The notes beneath the pieces were generated by a model. The model did not search any database, was not told where the DNA came from, and saw nothing but the letters and a program-made list of their open reading frames with translations. Shown piece by piece: positions 1 through 12,146 of a stretch of 64,000 nucleotides of DNA (within the stretch, counting starts at the first letter, position 1; each line of letters begins with the position of its first letter). A program made the translations under genes and the position numbers. This stretch comes from Octopus sinensis (lineage: Eukaryota), in assembly GCF_006345805.1 (NCBI RefSeq), contig NC_043002.1:3534001-3598000 (forward strand), written 5' to 3'.

Positions 1-146
1 GTTGAAAATTCAGCTTCTCTGACAATGGTTTATTGTTCTTCAGGTTACCCCTTGGTTTACTTTACAATTCCATTCTTTGACATGACAAGACAAAATAATG
101 GTTAATGCAGCTGTCATCATTGTTCAGTAATATTGATGTCACTTCT

Positions 147-830
147 TCAGACAATAATGTCATCAATTTGAGGCCAATGACATGACCGATGCCTCCAGAT
201 TGCATTGTAAACAGACTTCAACCTGAAGAAGGAAGTGCTAATCATTTGGTCATATTCAGCAGATAATCTGAAAAGAAGACGACTATTATAGCTGTAGTTT
301 GCAATGCCTTGGTTTCTGGTGATGCCATTCCAGATGCTGCACTTTCCCCACCCAGGTGTTGCAGTCATCCTTGAGAAGGTTTTTGTCTGACTGTTGTAGA
401 AATTTAATTTATCTTCATGATATGCATCAGGTGCTGCCATAGCTGTTGCATCATGGCCCTTGAGAAGACAATCCTTTCGGTGTAGGGGTGCATTAGTTTT
501 AGATCCCTCACCAACTTAAATTTCACAGCAAAACTCACTCATCCATCATTTTTGTGCCTCTCAATCCTCTCATTCTAACATCATCTCTACTCGTTCACTA
601 ACCACTTTACAAATAGAAATTTTCATTTAACATTCTACAAGAAAGTGTATCCAAGGCCAATTTCTGTCACTTCCACCTTTATCTGCAAATCCAGTTTCAG
701 TAATTACTGCAATATCAACATTAAACTTTGCCAGGTCATCATTCTGGTCAGGCAATGTTTTTCCTGTCTTACAGATTTCAAATGTTCCATATTCTAGCAA
801 TGAAAAAGGGTTGTTTGATTAATTGAATAA
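147..830 (-). mobile_element. Degenerate RTE-type LINE endonuclease fragment
   Basis: Minus-strand translations give DDLAKFNVDIAVITETGFADKG (~670-740) and NQGIANYSYNSRLLFRLSAEYDQMISTSFFRLK..WRHRSCHWPQIDDIIV, which resemble the APE endonuclease of RTE LINEs; many stops and frameshifts. Confidence 0.7.
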
Positions 831-1789
831 TTGTTGCAACCACAAAATGGATAGCCAACTGGGTATGGTTTTCCAGTCAGGAGAGTCAGAGATAAATCTA
901 TTCCCAACATTCCTCTCTTTCTCCTTTCATATGTGTGTGTGTGTGAAAATTTTTCAATCAAAATAAAGGCAATCAGACATCCAAAGAGGACTCAATACAA
1001 GTTAATAGGGAGCAAATAGTTTTACTTTCAGTTATTTTATATATATAATGTTTTAGCAAAGAAACTCTGCTTTCACTGATTTAATAGCCCTTCAGAAACT
1101 GAATATTTTGAATCTTAAAACATAGTTCAGATAGTTCAAAATATCTTTGTAATTCAAATATTCAGAATGAATTTAATTCATAAGACTTGAAATAATTTCT
1201 CTACAAAATATGATAACAAAGAATTAGAAATAGGAAGAATAATCAAACAATGGTATTTCAAGTTAAGTGAGCACACACACATACTTATAGAGTATCATTA
1301 CTATAATAAATAAAGCATGCTTTCCAAATACATAGTTTTGAGTTCACTCCCACTACACAGCACCTTGAATGAGGGTCTTCCACTATAGCCCTGGGCCAAC
1401 CAAGCCTTACAAGTGGATTTGATGGACAGGAACTAAAGAAGCTTGTTGTGTGTATGTGTGTGTGAATGCGTGTCTGTTTGTCTCCACACCACTACTTGAC
1501 CTATAGAGAGACTGGGTTGTGATTGTGTGTATGTAGATATGTGTATGTATATGCATGTGCTACATGCATGTATGTGAATGTGTGTATGTATAAGTTATAG
1601 ATATATATGCATGCATAAGCGTATATACATACATGTAAGTAAATATATGTGTGTATGCATATGAAAATGTATGTATATGTGTCTGCAAGTTGTGACTATG
1701 TATGTGGTAGGTATAAATGTGTATATAAATGTATATACAAATAAGTCCTTCTGTATATAAATATGTGGATGCATGTACATATTAGGGCA

Positions 1790-2125
1790 TATAGGATTTT
1801 GATGTACGATACACTTACATAAACTACTTGAGCGTTCCTATACATGTAAAGGTAGGTTTGCCAATGTATCGCTCATAGTTTGAATGTACTTATGCATTTT
1901 TCTACTTGCAATACATCAAGGGTCACAGTAGCAGTGCAATCTAGATATGCCATTAAAGAACATCTACATATACATGCTTCATTGGTTAAGAAATACCTCC
2001 AAATGTCACAACTGTGAAGTGGAATACCATCTTTACCATTGACAGGAATATTGGTAACTTAAGAATCAAGGAGGCTATTGTCATTAAATTACATAAACCA
2101 GACGTCAACAACAGAATTTAATTGC
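1790..2125 (+). mobile_element. Penelope-like element GIY-YIG endonuclease remnant
   Basis: IKEHL at 1952 and TIDRNIGNLRIKEAIVIKLHKPDVNNRI* ending at 2121 match the C-terminal motifs of PLE GIY-YIG domains; frameshifted. Confidence 0.6.
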
Positions 2126-2279
2126 ACGAACTAGATTTTCTACCTACCTTGCCTCACTCTTCTTAATATTTTTCTCACATCCATTTACCAATCACATCAA
2201 ATTTTACCCCCCCCCCCACAACCACCACCACCCAGCAGCTTTGTATAACTTACTCTATTTGAACAAAAAAATTCTCAGG

Positions 2280-2440
2280 GGGTGCAAGCATGGCTGTGTG
2301 GTAAGAAGCTTGCTTCCCAACCACGCAGTTCAGGGTTCAGTCTGTGTGATACCTTGAGCAAGTGTCTTCTACTACAGCCTCAAGCTAACCAAAGCTTTGT
2401 GAGTGGATCTAACTGATGGAAACTGAAAGAATCATAAGTA
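2280..2440 (+). mobile_element. tRNA/CORE-type SINE (family A), 5' half
   Basis: A box tggctgtgtgg, B box gggttcagtc, CORE-like ccttgagcaagtgtctt; matches the complete copy at 45990-46402. Confidence 0.8.
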
Positions 2441-2452
2441 TTGTGGTTGATT

Positions 2453-2680
2453 CAGATGTGATTTAGAAAGATGAGCTGGATCTACCACCTACAACTCAAT
2501 AATACATCCTTATTATTTCTTCTCTTCAAGATATTCCATCATTGCTGATTTAATATTTCCTCTCTTATTATTAATATTATTGGTTCATTCCATGGAAAGT
2601 TCTTGACCCAACTATAGTTAATGACAGAGAAAGAATAAAAAGACAATTGCTAATTTTCTTTAAAGTTCAGCTAAGAATTT
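2453..2680 (+). repeat. Low-copy direct repeat, copy 1
   Basis: Alignable by eye to 4921-5175, including the identical block taatacatccttattatttcttctcttcaagatattccatcatt. Confidence 0.9.
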
Positions 2681-3432
2681 AGTGACCTTTCCCACCCCAA
2701 CTTTACATATCTGCACTTTCTATACTGTGTCACTTACCAGTTAGTTTTGGTACACCACATTACTTGCTGCTACTGATACTACCCACCTCAACCAAACAAC
2801 TACTATTACAATTGGTGCACAAACTAATTCAAGCAATACTTTCCATCACAACACACCAGAACATCCTGCTGATAACTATACACTTCTCCAAAGTCTTAGA
2901 TTATTTTCTTCTGTTTGAAAAGGGGAATTTTTCTCCAAAATATTAAAAGTACATTAAACAACCTCTGTAAGGTAATACAATATCTTTTCTCATTTTCTTT
3001 TCATTCATTGACATCACTTTATATATTTTGCTTCACTCCTCATCTGCATTGCTCACAGATTTTTTTAGCAAACATTCATCTTGTTTATACATACTGCAAA
3101 GCTGCAAGCAAATTACATGAATCCTATATATTCCATTATAACCTATTATTGATTTCATTAAGTATCTATTATCATTCAGCAATCCATTTATTTATTTAAC
3201 AATATATTCATTATGCTAATAAGTACACACACACACATATATATATATATATATGTATGTTCTGGCTATGTGTGTATGATCACTTAAAACGAAATGTTAT
3301 TTGATTATTCCTTCAACCTGTAATTCTTTGATGACATGTTTCATGGAGAAATTATTCTAATTGTTATGAATCAAAGAAATTATTCTCAATTGAAATATCT
3401 TATCAACATTCACAGATATATATGTGTGGGTG

Positions 3433-3488
<56 letters not shown>

Positions 3489-3989
3489 ATATGTGTATGT
3501 GTGCATGTGTATGGTATGCATGTATGGTATACACGCATGTATGAGAATGAGTAGGAGAAAGAGAGAATATATGTGCAATGAAGTACAGCACATGACCAAT
3601 GTTTGGGCTCCATAGAAGGTACTGCTTGTTCAGACACCATTGTTGCCTCAACAAACACAAGCAGGGGGTAAATTTGCCTTTTATGTTTGTGGCATCAACA
3701 AAATAAGGATCCATCATTTGCATCTACCATATACTATGATAGAGCCACTGATACCTGTCCCAGCCCTATGAACCTGTGGCCTTGAATTAACATAATAAAT
3801 CAATATTTATCACATGTAACGCAATAATTTCCTTTATTTTCTTCAATATCATATAGCTGATACATATATATCATATAGCTGATATATATATATTTTATAT
3901 CAGTGATGTATATATATTTTATATCACTGACTTGTGTTTTATTTATTTTATTCCTGATAAATCAATTTACTTTCATTTCTGTAATAATA

Positions 3990-4010
3990 GTTTTTTAAAT
4001 TCTTCAACAG
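3990..4010 (+). promoter_or_regulatory. Splice acceptor directly before the ABRA ATG
   Basis: ttttttaaattcttcaacag|aATG; a candidate upstream donor AAG|GTAATA lies at 2971/2972. Confidence 0.6.
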
Positions 4011-4011
4011 A

Positions 4012-4458
4012 ATGCCTCATTCAAAAAACTTGGTCTCAGAAATCTCTTCTTGGCAGGCACGTGTCGATGATCACAAAGAGAAACAATTAATTAATCCATT
4101 TTCATTATGGGAAGGTGCATCTCATCGAGTAAAGTTGTCAAAAACAGACGAAAACTATGGCAAACCAGTGGAAGGTACATTGACAGCAATCCGCGGCCAA
4201 GAAGCCTTGGAATCGGTCTACAATGAAATTCATGAACTGTGCATGATAATAGCTGCGATTGGAGTGCATCAACCTGATAAATCTGTTCGAGTGACATTTG
4301 GTGAATTATTTCATGCATATTTACGCATTTCTAATAAACTGGTTGGTATGTTAATACGGGCTCGTCGGCACAATCTGTTAGATTTCGAAGGGGAAATATT
4401 ATACCAATGTCAAGACGAGAAAGTTGAAGTAACTTTATTTAAAGTCCCAGAACGTTAA
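4012..4458 (+). CDS. ABRA: Actin-binding Rho-activating protein-like (STARS, Costars domain), 148 aa
   Basis: QLINPFS, YGKPVEGTLTAIRG and VTFGELFHAYLRISNKLVGMLIRARRHNLLDFEGEILYQCQDE match the ABRA C-terminal/Costars signature; uninterrupted ORF. Confidence 0.93.
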   Translation: MPHSKNLVSEISSWQARVDDHKEKQLINPFSLWEGASHRVKLSKTDENYGKPVEGTLTAIRGQEALESVYNEIHELCMIIAAIGVHQPDKSVRVTFGELFHAYLRISNKLVGMLIRARRHNLLDFEGEILYQCQDEKVEVTLFKVPER

Positions 4459-4920
4459 TACGTAATTATTTGATTTGGTTAATGTAGTTTAGTTAGCGCT
4501 ACTTAATATAGAATTTTAGAAAATTGAAAACAAAATTAACAATATTTCTAACAAAATTTAAACTAACATTAACTGGGTTTATAAATTCTAGAAATGAATG
4601 CTTTACTTTTACAGATAATGGTTTCTGACATTTCAATGATTTTGAGTTCTTGGCTATAAATTCTTAGAAATTGGCTTCAAGACCTATCATATGTAATGCC
4701 TTGACATTTTAGATACTAAACACTAAGTAAACCATGCTTAAATACATAACATAATGCTTGGCAAACAAACAGGCCAATTAGCTATAGATTATTCATTAAC
4801 AGTAAGCATTTGAAATTCTGGCCTCATCTAAAGAACACAGCATGGACAAACAAGGATAGGATTTCTATTGGAAAAAAATATGCTGCTTTGATTTTTGCTT
4901 GTATCTCTTGTTTCTATATA

Positions 4921-5175
4921 CAGACGTGATTTGGAAAGATGAGCTGGATGTGCCACCTCCAACTCAGTAATACATCCTTATTATTTCTTCTCTTCAAGAT
5001 ATTCCATCATTCCAGATTTAACATTTCCTCTCTTATCATTAATATTATTGGCTCATTCCATGAAATGACAGTTCTATACCAAACTATAGTTAAGGACAAA
5101 GAAAGAAGAAGAAGACAACCGTTACCTGCTGGTAATGCAATAAATTGATTTGTTACTTAAATCTCAGGTAAGAAT
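4921..5175 (+). repeat. Low-copy direct repeat, copy 2, ending in a strong splice donor
   Basis: Paralog of 2453-2680; CAG|GTAAGA at 5167/5168, where copy 1 has CAG|CTAAGA. Confidence 0.85.
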
Positions 5176-6156
5176 GAGTAAATGAGCGACAAGATAGGGA
5201 AAGAGTGAGCATGCGTGTGTGTGTGTGTGTGCGCGCGCGTGTGCGTGTGTGTGTGCGTGTGTGTGTGCATGAAAGAGAGACAGACAGACAGACAGACAGA
5301 GAGGAAGAGAGATTGATAAAAGCTACTGTGTTTTATTAGAGTTATAAATCAGTGTTATATCTATCGGTGAGCGACATATTTTAATGAATTAAGAAATATA
5401 AACAAGAAATAATCTATCAGTGCAGCCACTTGCAGTAATTTAGAACTCACTGCAACTGCTTTCTTGTTTCTCTAAACCAAAACAGAATTCTGTTTTGTCT
5501 CAATTTCTCTGTGTAGAGAACAGGCATCAGATAAATACCATACACCATTTGCCTATCTATTTTCTTGATGCTAAGGAAATCCTTTTTTTTTCTTTGGTTT
5601 GTGAAAAGATTGTTACCATACTTGTATAATGACAATTGTAAAATTCTTCAAATATTAATTATAATTAGTGTATCCCATTAAAAAAAAAAGTAATTTTAAA
5701 TAATCTACCTACTTTATATTGTATCATTCAATGCAGTAATGTATTATAACAAAATCTGTATCAAAAAAATTATAAGAAAAATCAAACTCTGTCACAGAGG
5801 CCAGAAGCAATCAATAACAAAATAGATTACTACACATAAGCCGAATCTATCCGCAATTTATAATACTCTTCTACTAAACAGTATATACCCTTCTACTAAA
5901 CAGTATATACCCTTCTATTATTATTGTTCACATTAACAGGAAGCCATTCACTTGCTTGGCAAACTTTTCTTTACAGATAACCTCAACGTCTCAACTCTTT
6001 GTTGAGTGAAAAAAAAAACCATTTTACTTTTATGAAGACTTTTTTCACTGCCCTCCTTTTTTGTTGGACAACAATGGCTTCTCTATGTCACAGATAAATT
6101 ATGCTTCATTTCAAAATTTGAATCATAATTCTACATAATTGTTTCTTCTGTCTTAT

Positions 6157-6268
6157 CTACTGCATCTCTTTGACAGCTTTCTCTACTAACATGTCCAAAT
6201 CAGTCACTGTAGCTGATTCACTGTTGATAGCTTTCCCTATTATACGGTACATGGACACTTTCTTTTCT
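6157..6268 (-). CDS. Candidate terminal coding exon of an unidentified minus-strand gene
   Basis: Pyrimidine-rich acceptor ..ttttctgtgttgattcattgag| followed by EKKVSMYRIIGKAINSESATVTDLDMLVEKAVKEMQ*; non-repetitive and protein-like, homolog not recognised. Confidence 0.4.
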
Positions 6269-7224
6269 CTCAATGAATCAACACAGAAAATATTAAAAGA
6301 TATTCTATGAATAAAGTGTAAAAAAAAACCAAAAATACAAGTTGCTTTAAAAGAGAAATATGGATGAGAATGTGTTAATGTCTTACTTTGAAAAGATATG
6401 TTGCAATGAAATGGGAAAATGTAAAAATAAAAAAACAGAATCCAAAAGAGCTGGTGGTGGTGAGTCACCAGCATAAACTATACAATGAATGAGTGAATAA
6501 GTTTGTTTGCCATGGGGAGAAGACACATCTGACATTTTGGGGAAAGATATTTCATGTGAGAGAAAAAAATATTTTCAATTGAAAAATGTTTTACTTGTTT
6601 GTTTTTCTTTTTACATAAACTCATTGTGCTTTCAATAAAAATTCTTTTATGATATTTTCTGTCAAAAATAAACCTACATCATTCTGTTATTTTGACTTCA
6701 TTATTGACAACATTGGCCAAGAAAAATATTTAATTTTAAAAATAAAATCAACAGAAAATTTAGGTGAAAAAGATAAAAGTACAAAAAATTGAACATTGAA
6801 GTAACAAAAAGTTGATAGGAAACGGTTTCTATATTTAACCTGTTAATATTCCTTATGTAGTTTTGATCTATACGCACAAAATTCATTATAAAGAAGAATA
6901 AAGAAATCTGTCTGGTAGATTTTACATTAATATAAAATAGATATTCAAATACAGATACTGAAATGTTTATTTCTCATATATGTATGTTCCTACCTACCTA
7001 CCTACCTACCTTTGAGTCATGCTAAGGGAAGTAACTCAAAAGAGACAGTAAGCCAGAGAACAAAAAAAAGGGGGAAATAAAAGAGATGATAATGGTAAAT
7101 GGTGAGATGCCAGTGGTGACGATGTTTCTATTTGTTGTTCAAGATGGCTATGATTTGTTTGTTGGTGGTGGTCATGGTAGCGTTGGTGGTGGTGACAGCA
7201 ATCATTTACATTAAGGTATATATA

Positions 7225-7285
7225 ATAATAATAATAATAATGAACTGCTCAGTGTTGCTCAGGTGCGCACTACAACTCAGAGAAA
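7225..7285 (-). mobile_element. CR1-like LINE 3' tail remnant
   Basis: (AAT)n followed by cagtgttgctcaggtgcgcactacaactc, matching the tail at 16391-16450. Confidence 0.6.
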
Positions 7286-7367
7286 GGAACCAAAACTGCT
7301 TTGAACAGTTTGTAGAATATGCACAGGAAGTGAACAGAGAAAAAGACTTAAAAAAAAAAAAAGAAAA

Positions 7368-7520
7368 AAAGCACACCCTACACTCTCAGAGTGGTTGGCG
7401 TTAGGAAGAGCATCCAGCCAAATCAGATTGGAACCTGGTGCAGCTCCTTGGCTGACCAGTTTTCAGTCAAGCCAACCCCGTGCCAGCATGGAAAGTGGGT
7501 ATTAAACAATGATGATGAAT
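7368..7520 (+). mobile_element. RTE 3' tail fragment
   Basis: cactctcagagtggttggcgttaggaag..ccatgc..ttaaacaatgatgatg, as in the LINE end at 26230-26388. Confidence 0.85.
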
Positions 7521-7984
7521 GTCAGTGCCTTACTGATTGCAAAAGCCACCTCCTCCATTGAACAGAAAGGTGTAAATAAAGTGGAACCAAGGATTCAATA
7601 GGATGAGTAAGTGGGTAAGTTTGCAGGATTACGAAAGGAGTGTGGGAGATGAGGTTGGGGGAGAGGAATGGCCACAAGACTGCTGCTTATATTGTTTTTC
7701 TGTTAATTTATAAAGACATCCCATCAACAATTCTCAGCTATAAAAGATGTCTGAAGATTTGAACTTTTCAAATTTAATTTATTTCATTAACTATTGACAG
7801 TGCTCCAGCATGGCCTTGGGCTAAAATAAGCTAAAGCACTAATGCTTAATTATTAAGTAGATTGTGTTTGAAATAGTTTTCAATAGTCTTTAATTAAAAG
7901 AGATCAGCAAGTAAATAAAATAGTAAAAATATAAAAAAGAAAAATCATTAAAAGAAATACAATCACAAATTAATTGTCAAAGCT

Positions 7985-8345
7985 GTGGGTTTAAGAAGTT
8001 TGCTTCCCTAACATATGGTTTTTGGGTTCAATCCCACTGCATAGCATGCATTTCTAACATAACCCTGGGCCAATGAAAGCCTTGTGAATGGATTTGGTAG
8101 ATGGAATCTGAAAGAAGACGTGTGTGTGTCTCTCTCTCTCTCCTTGTCTTGACATTGTGTATTGTAAATGGTTGTCCACTGTTGCACAAACAATCCTTCA
8201 TTACCAATATTCTACAATGTTTGGCCAAGAGGAACCAGGTGAGGATTGGCAACTGAAAAGGCATCTGGTCATAGAAAAACTTTCTCATTAAGCTCCATCC
8301 AATCCATGCTTGCATGGCAGAGGCGGACATTAAACAATAAGATTG
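7985..8345 (+). mobile_element. SINE with family-A head and RTE-derived tail
   Basis: Head and CORE as in family A, then a microsatellite, then a tail ending ggattggcaactgaaaaggcatc..ccatgcttgcatgg..cattaaacaat. Confidence 0.65.
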
Positions 8346-9026
8346 ATGGAGATCATAATTAGGAATAAAAGAAAAACTTTTTTCCAAGTTGCCATTTGAT
8401 AGTTCAGTGTATAAAGCTTAGCAATGAGACAAATAGTTACTGTGAGCTTTGGTTTAGTTATTGAAAGAATTAAATTAATAAAGAAAGAAAAGTTAAGAAT
8501 TCTAAATTCGATATTCAATAAAAAAAAAAATCTAACTATGCTTGCAATAAATTGTATTGCTAAGAGAAATTGAATGGAATTCATTTTGGAAAGTCTCTTG
8601 CTGGATGCAACCCGAAGAAAGAGGACAGTTATTGATTCTGTTTGAAGAATTTGTATCACCCTAACCTTCATTTCAGCAGCATTTTTACGTGTGATACAAG
8701 AAGTTAGTGAAATCCATGTGTAGGAAGGAAACTGAAGCTGCTTCCTTTGTTCTCATATGTAACACCTTTCAATAAAGACTTGGGTACCTTGTTGGTTTAG
8801 GGTGCAGCTAGAGCAAAATAAATACAAGCTGCTGCTGTTTTCAGAAATCAAATATAATTGAATTCAATGCTGGTTGTTACTATATTTCCACAACTTTTAC
8901 CTCTACTTTCTTTCTTTTTTTTTTCTGTGTGTTTAAAACAATCTATTTGTAAAAAAACTCATTGAAAATTAATTCACATACAACATAAATATTATATTTT
9001 CATAATACCATCTTATTGTCACAAGC

Positions 9027-9445
9027 ATTTTAACCCTTTCGTTACTGGATTTATTTTGAGATGCTTTGTGTTTCTTTCAATTACTTTAAATATAAGTGCC
9101 GGTGGCACGTAAAAAGCACCCACTACACTCACGGAGTGGTTGGCGTTAGGAAGGGCATCCAGCTGTAGAAACATTGCCAGATAAGACTGGAGCCTGGTGC
9201 AGCCTTCTGGCTTCCCAGATCCCGGTCGAACCGTCCAACCCATGCTAGCATGGAGAACGGACGTTAAACAATGATGATGATGATGATAAAGAATTTAGTA
9301 AAATAACTTAGTTATCATGAAACTAGTGTTAGGAGCATAAATTGTGACTAAGGTTTGGTGGAAGATTTTAATTCAAAACATGAAAATAAGACATTTGTAC
9401 TCAGAGCCAGAGCTGGTTTCAACTGGGTTGGTAATGAAAGGGTTA
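9027..9445. mobile_element. TTAA-CCC-ended MITE (piggyBac-like), interrupted by an RTE tail
   Basis: ttaaccctttcgttac at the left and gtaatgaaagggttag at the right; related copies at 31740-31950, 31991-32097 and ~41425-41520. Confidence 0.7.
9096..9287 (+). mobile_element. RTE 3' tail with one pseudoknot unit
   Basis: Starts gtgccggtggcacgtaaaaagcacc and ends in (GAT)n. Confidence 0.95.
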
Positions 9446-9499
9446 GACAAAAAAGCATGGACATCACACAACCCTGTTTTGTAAGAAAGTAATATGTTC

Positions 9500-10185
9500 T
9501 TAGGCAAGGCAGCAAGCTGACAGAACCATTAGCATGCCAGATGAAATGCTGAACGAGATTTTGTCTGCCCTTACATCTTGAGTTCAAATTCCACCAATCT
9601 TCACTTTGCCTTTCATCCTTTTGGGGTTGATAAAATAAGTACCAGTTGTGTATTGCGGTCAATTTAATTGACTTACTGCTCCTCCCTTAAAACTGCTAGC
9701 CTTGTGGCAAAATTTGAAACCAATATTATTATTGTTGTTATTATTATATGCTTCCACAATGTCGTTAGCATACCAGGCAAAATGCTCAGTGGCATTTCGT
9801 CTGTCATTATGTTCTGAGTTCAAATTCCACCAAGGTTGACTTTGCCTTTCATCCTTTCAGAGTTGATGAAATAACTAGCACTTGAACACTGGGATCAATG
9901 TATTCAACCTACCTCATCCTCCCCCAAAATTGCTGGCCTTGGGTCAAAATTTGAAATTAGTATTTCAATTGGCAATTGGTGGTAAGCTGATAGAAATGCT
10001 AGCATGCCAGGCAAAATGCTTAGTGGCATTTCATCTGTCTACATTCTGAGTTCAAATTCTGCCAAGGTCAACTTTGCCTTTCTTCCTTTCAGGGTCGATG
10101 AAATATGTACCAGTTGTGTACTGGAGTCGATGTAATCAACTTACCCCTTTCCCCAAAATTGCTGGCCTCGTGCCAATATTTGAAA
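9500..10185 (+). mobile_element. Three tandem tRNA-derived SINEs (family B)
   Basis: Three repeats of gagttcaaatt(c)..actttgcctttcatcctt..gat(g/a)aa..ag..gtcgat/caat; the same family as 49137-49368. Confidence 0.85.
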
Positions 10186-10611
10186 GCAATATTACATTCT
10201 GAAGCACCACAACTCAGTTTGTGCTGAATCCATTCCACTTGTAGCCTTAATCTTCTTGGGAAAAGCATGAGCATTATAACCTCCCATCGGAATTAAAATA
10301 CAGGGTCTTTAAACTCAGCCAGAAGAATACATTCTATCATAGAGGAAACCACAAAGCCATGTTAATTCATTGATAGCAATCCACCAAAGGCCAGCCTATT
10401 TCTTTGCTACAAAACTTTCTGTTTTAAAATCATTTAAATTAAAATTGTCCATCAAAATTTCAAACCAACATTTGTTCTAAACCCCAGCTGAATAATGAGA
10501 AAGTTATTTTACTAAATATTTCCTTATCATTTTTGAAATTAATTCAAACAAACACATTGTATTTCTACAGAAGTATAGTAAAAGGGTTCCCCACTTGCTT
10601 CCTAAATTAAG

Positions 10612-10955
10612 TCGCTGTGTCACCTGACTGGCACTTGTGCTGGTGGCACGTGAAAAAACATTTGAGCAAGGTCATTGCCAGTGCCACTGGACTGGCTCCT
10701 GTGCAGGTGGCACATAAAAAAAACACCACTTGAGCGTGGCCGTTGCCAGTACCGCCTGACTGGCCCCTGTACCGGTGGCATGTAAAAGCACCCACTATAC
10801 TCTCGGAGTGGTTGGCATTAGGAAGGGCATCCAGCTGTAGAAAGTGCCAGATCAGATTGGAGTCTGGTGCAGCCATCTGGTTCGCCAGACCTCAGTGAAA
10901 TCATCCAACCCATGCTAGCATGGAAAGCAGACGTTAAACAATGATGATGATGATA
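10612..10955 (+). mobile_element. RTE 3' UTR fragment with three units
   Basis: Nearly identical to 26941-27220. Confidence 0.9.
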
Positions 10956-11205
10956 GTGAAGAATCCTAAACTTGTGTAAAAGACTTTCTGGCAACTATGA
11001 ATCAAATCAGAATTTGGTCTGTAATAATGGGAGGAAGATCTATAATTGTTTCCACTCCTTCACACCTAATAATTGATCCAATTACTTTGTAGCATTTTGT
11101 GAGAAGTGACAGCATGGTTTCAAGCTGCAACTTAGTTCTTTGATATTTTAAAGCCTGGGAAGAGAGGTAGAATATCCAGCAGAAGGAATCATTTCAATTC
11201 ATATA

Positions 11206-12080
11206 CATGGTGTGTTCCGGGCTAAATCTGATGATGTTTTATGTCTCCTGTTTTTTCAGGAACAGCTTGGTGTCTTGGTGATCAGTCCACAGCATTGGAG
11301 AGCATAACAATAGAAGTTGTGATGAGAAAAACTTGAATGACTGGAAGCAATCTGAATACTGGAAAAGAGTAACCTGTATGATGATGATTTGTACTGGGTG
11401 TCAAAATGCCAACATCATGACTGCTGCTCAATTCTCTGGACACTATAAAAACACAACGTGGACAGCTTCAATGGAGACTACAAAAACATGGTCATCAGGA
11501 AGGGACACAGCAGACAATATGACTGAGCCCACACTCCAGAATTCATCCTCACATCTTTGAAAAGAACCATTGGCTCAATTCAAATAGCTATGTGAAGCTG
11601 CTGGAGATTGGGGTCAAACTTTGGAAAGCCATATGTGTGGTAGCAGGATTTAACACCTTGCCATCCCTCCAGAAAGAGTCAGAAGTGGTTTTTCAGAGAA
11701 TTTCTATTACTTCACCAGCCCACCCACCCAATTTCTGGCCTCTTAATTTCCCTGATTGTAATACCCTGGATTACTATGTGTGGGGAATGGTTGAGAAAGA
11801 CAACAACTGCTCTGTCTGCAGCCCCGAGACTACGCTGGTAGTCAAGCTGAAGGTGGTGTTTGAAGATCTTCCTAGGGACACGGTGAAGAATGCATGCACC
11901 AGGTTCCAGAGCCATCATGAGGCCTGGGTGGAAGCTGAGGGTGGCCACTTTGAGGAAACTTATCTCTCACCCATAATCTTGTTGATATTTTTTGACTTTT
12001 TAAAAATACTTTTATTTTTTAATGAAATATTGTTTTCTTTTCCTCTTATGCAAACTTTCAAATTTAGCCCAAACCCTCTG
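11206..12080 (+). mobile_element. Tc1/mariner (IS630-Tc1 superfamily) transposon remnant
   Basis: NFWPLNFPDCNTLDYYVWGMVEK..VKNACTRFQSHHEAWVEAEGGHFE (WPPxSPDLNPLDY-type motif); imperfect TIRs ..gggctaaatctga / tcaaatttagccc.. Confidence 0.85.
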
Positions 12081-12146
12081 TTTGAAATGCTCTTCTAGCA
12101 AGAACCGGCTTGCCAACCCCTCCTTTCTTTCTTTCATTCATACTGT

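Noticed and set aside
3336-3723. VC/TH-repeat ORFs (also 53394-53719)
   Set aside because: (TG)n microsatellite artefacts
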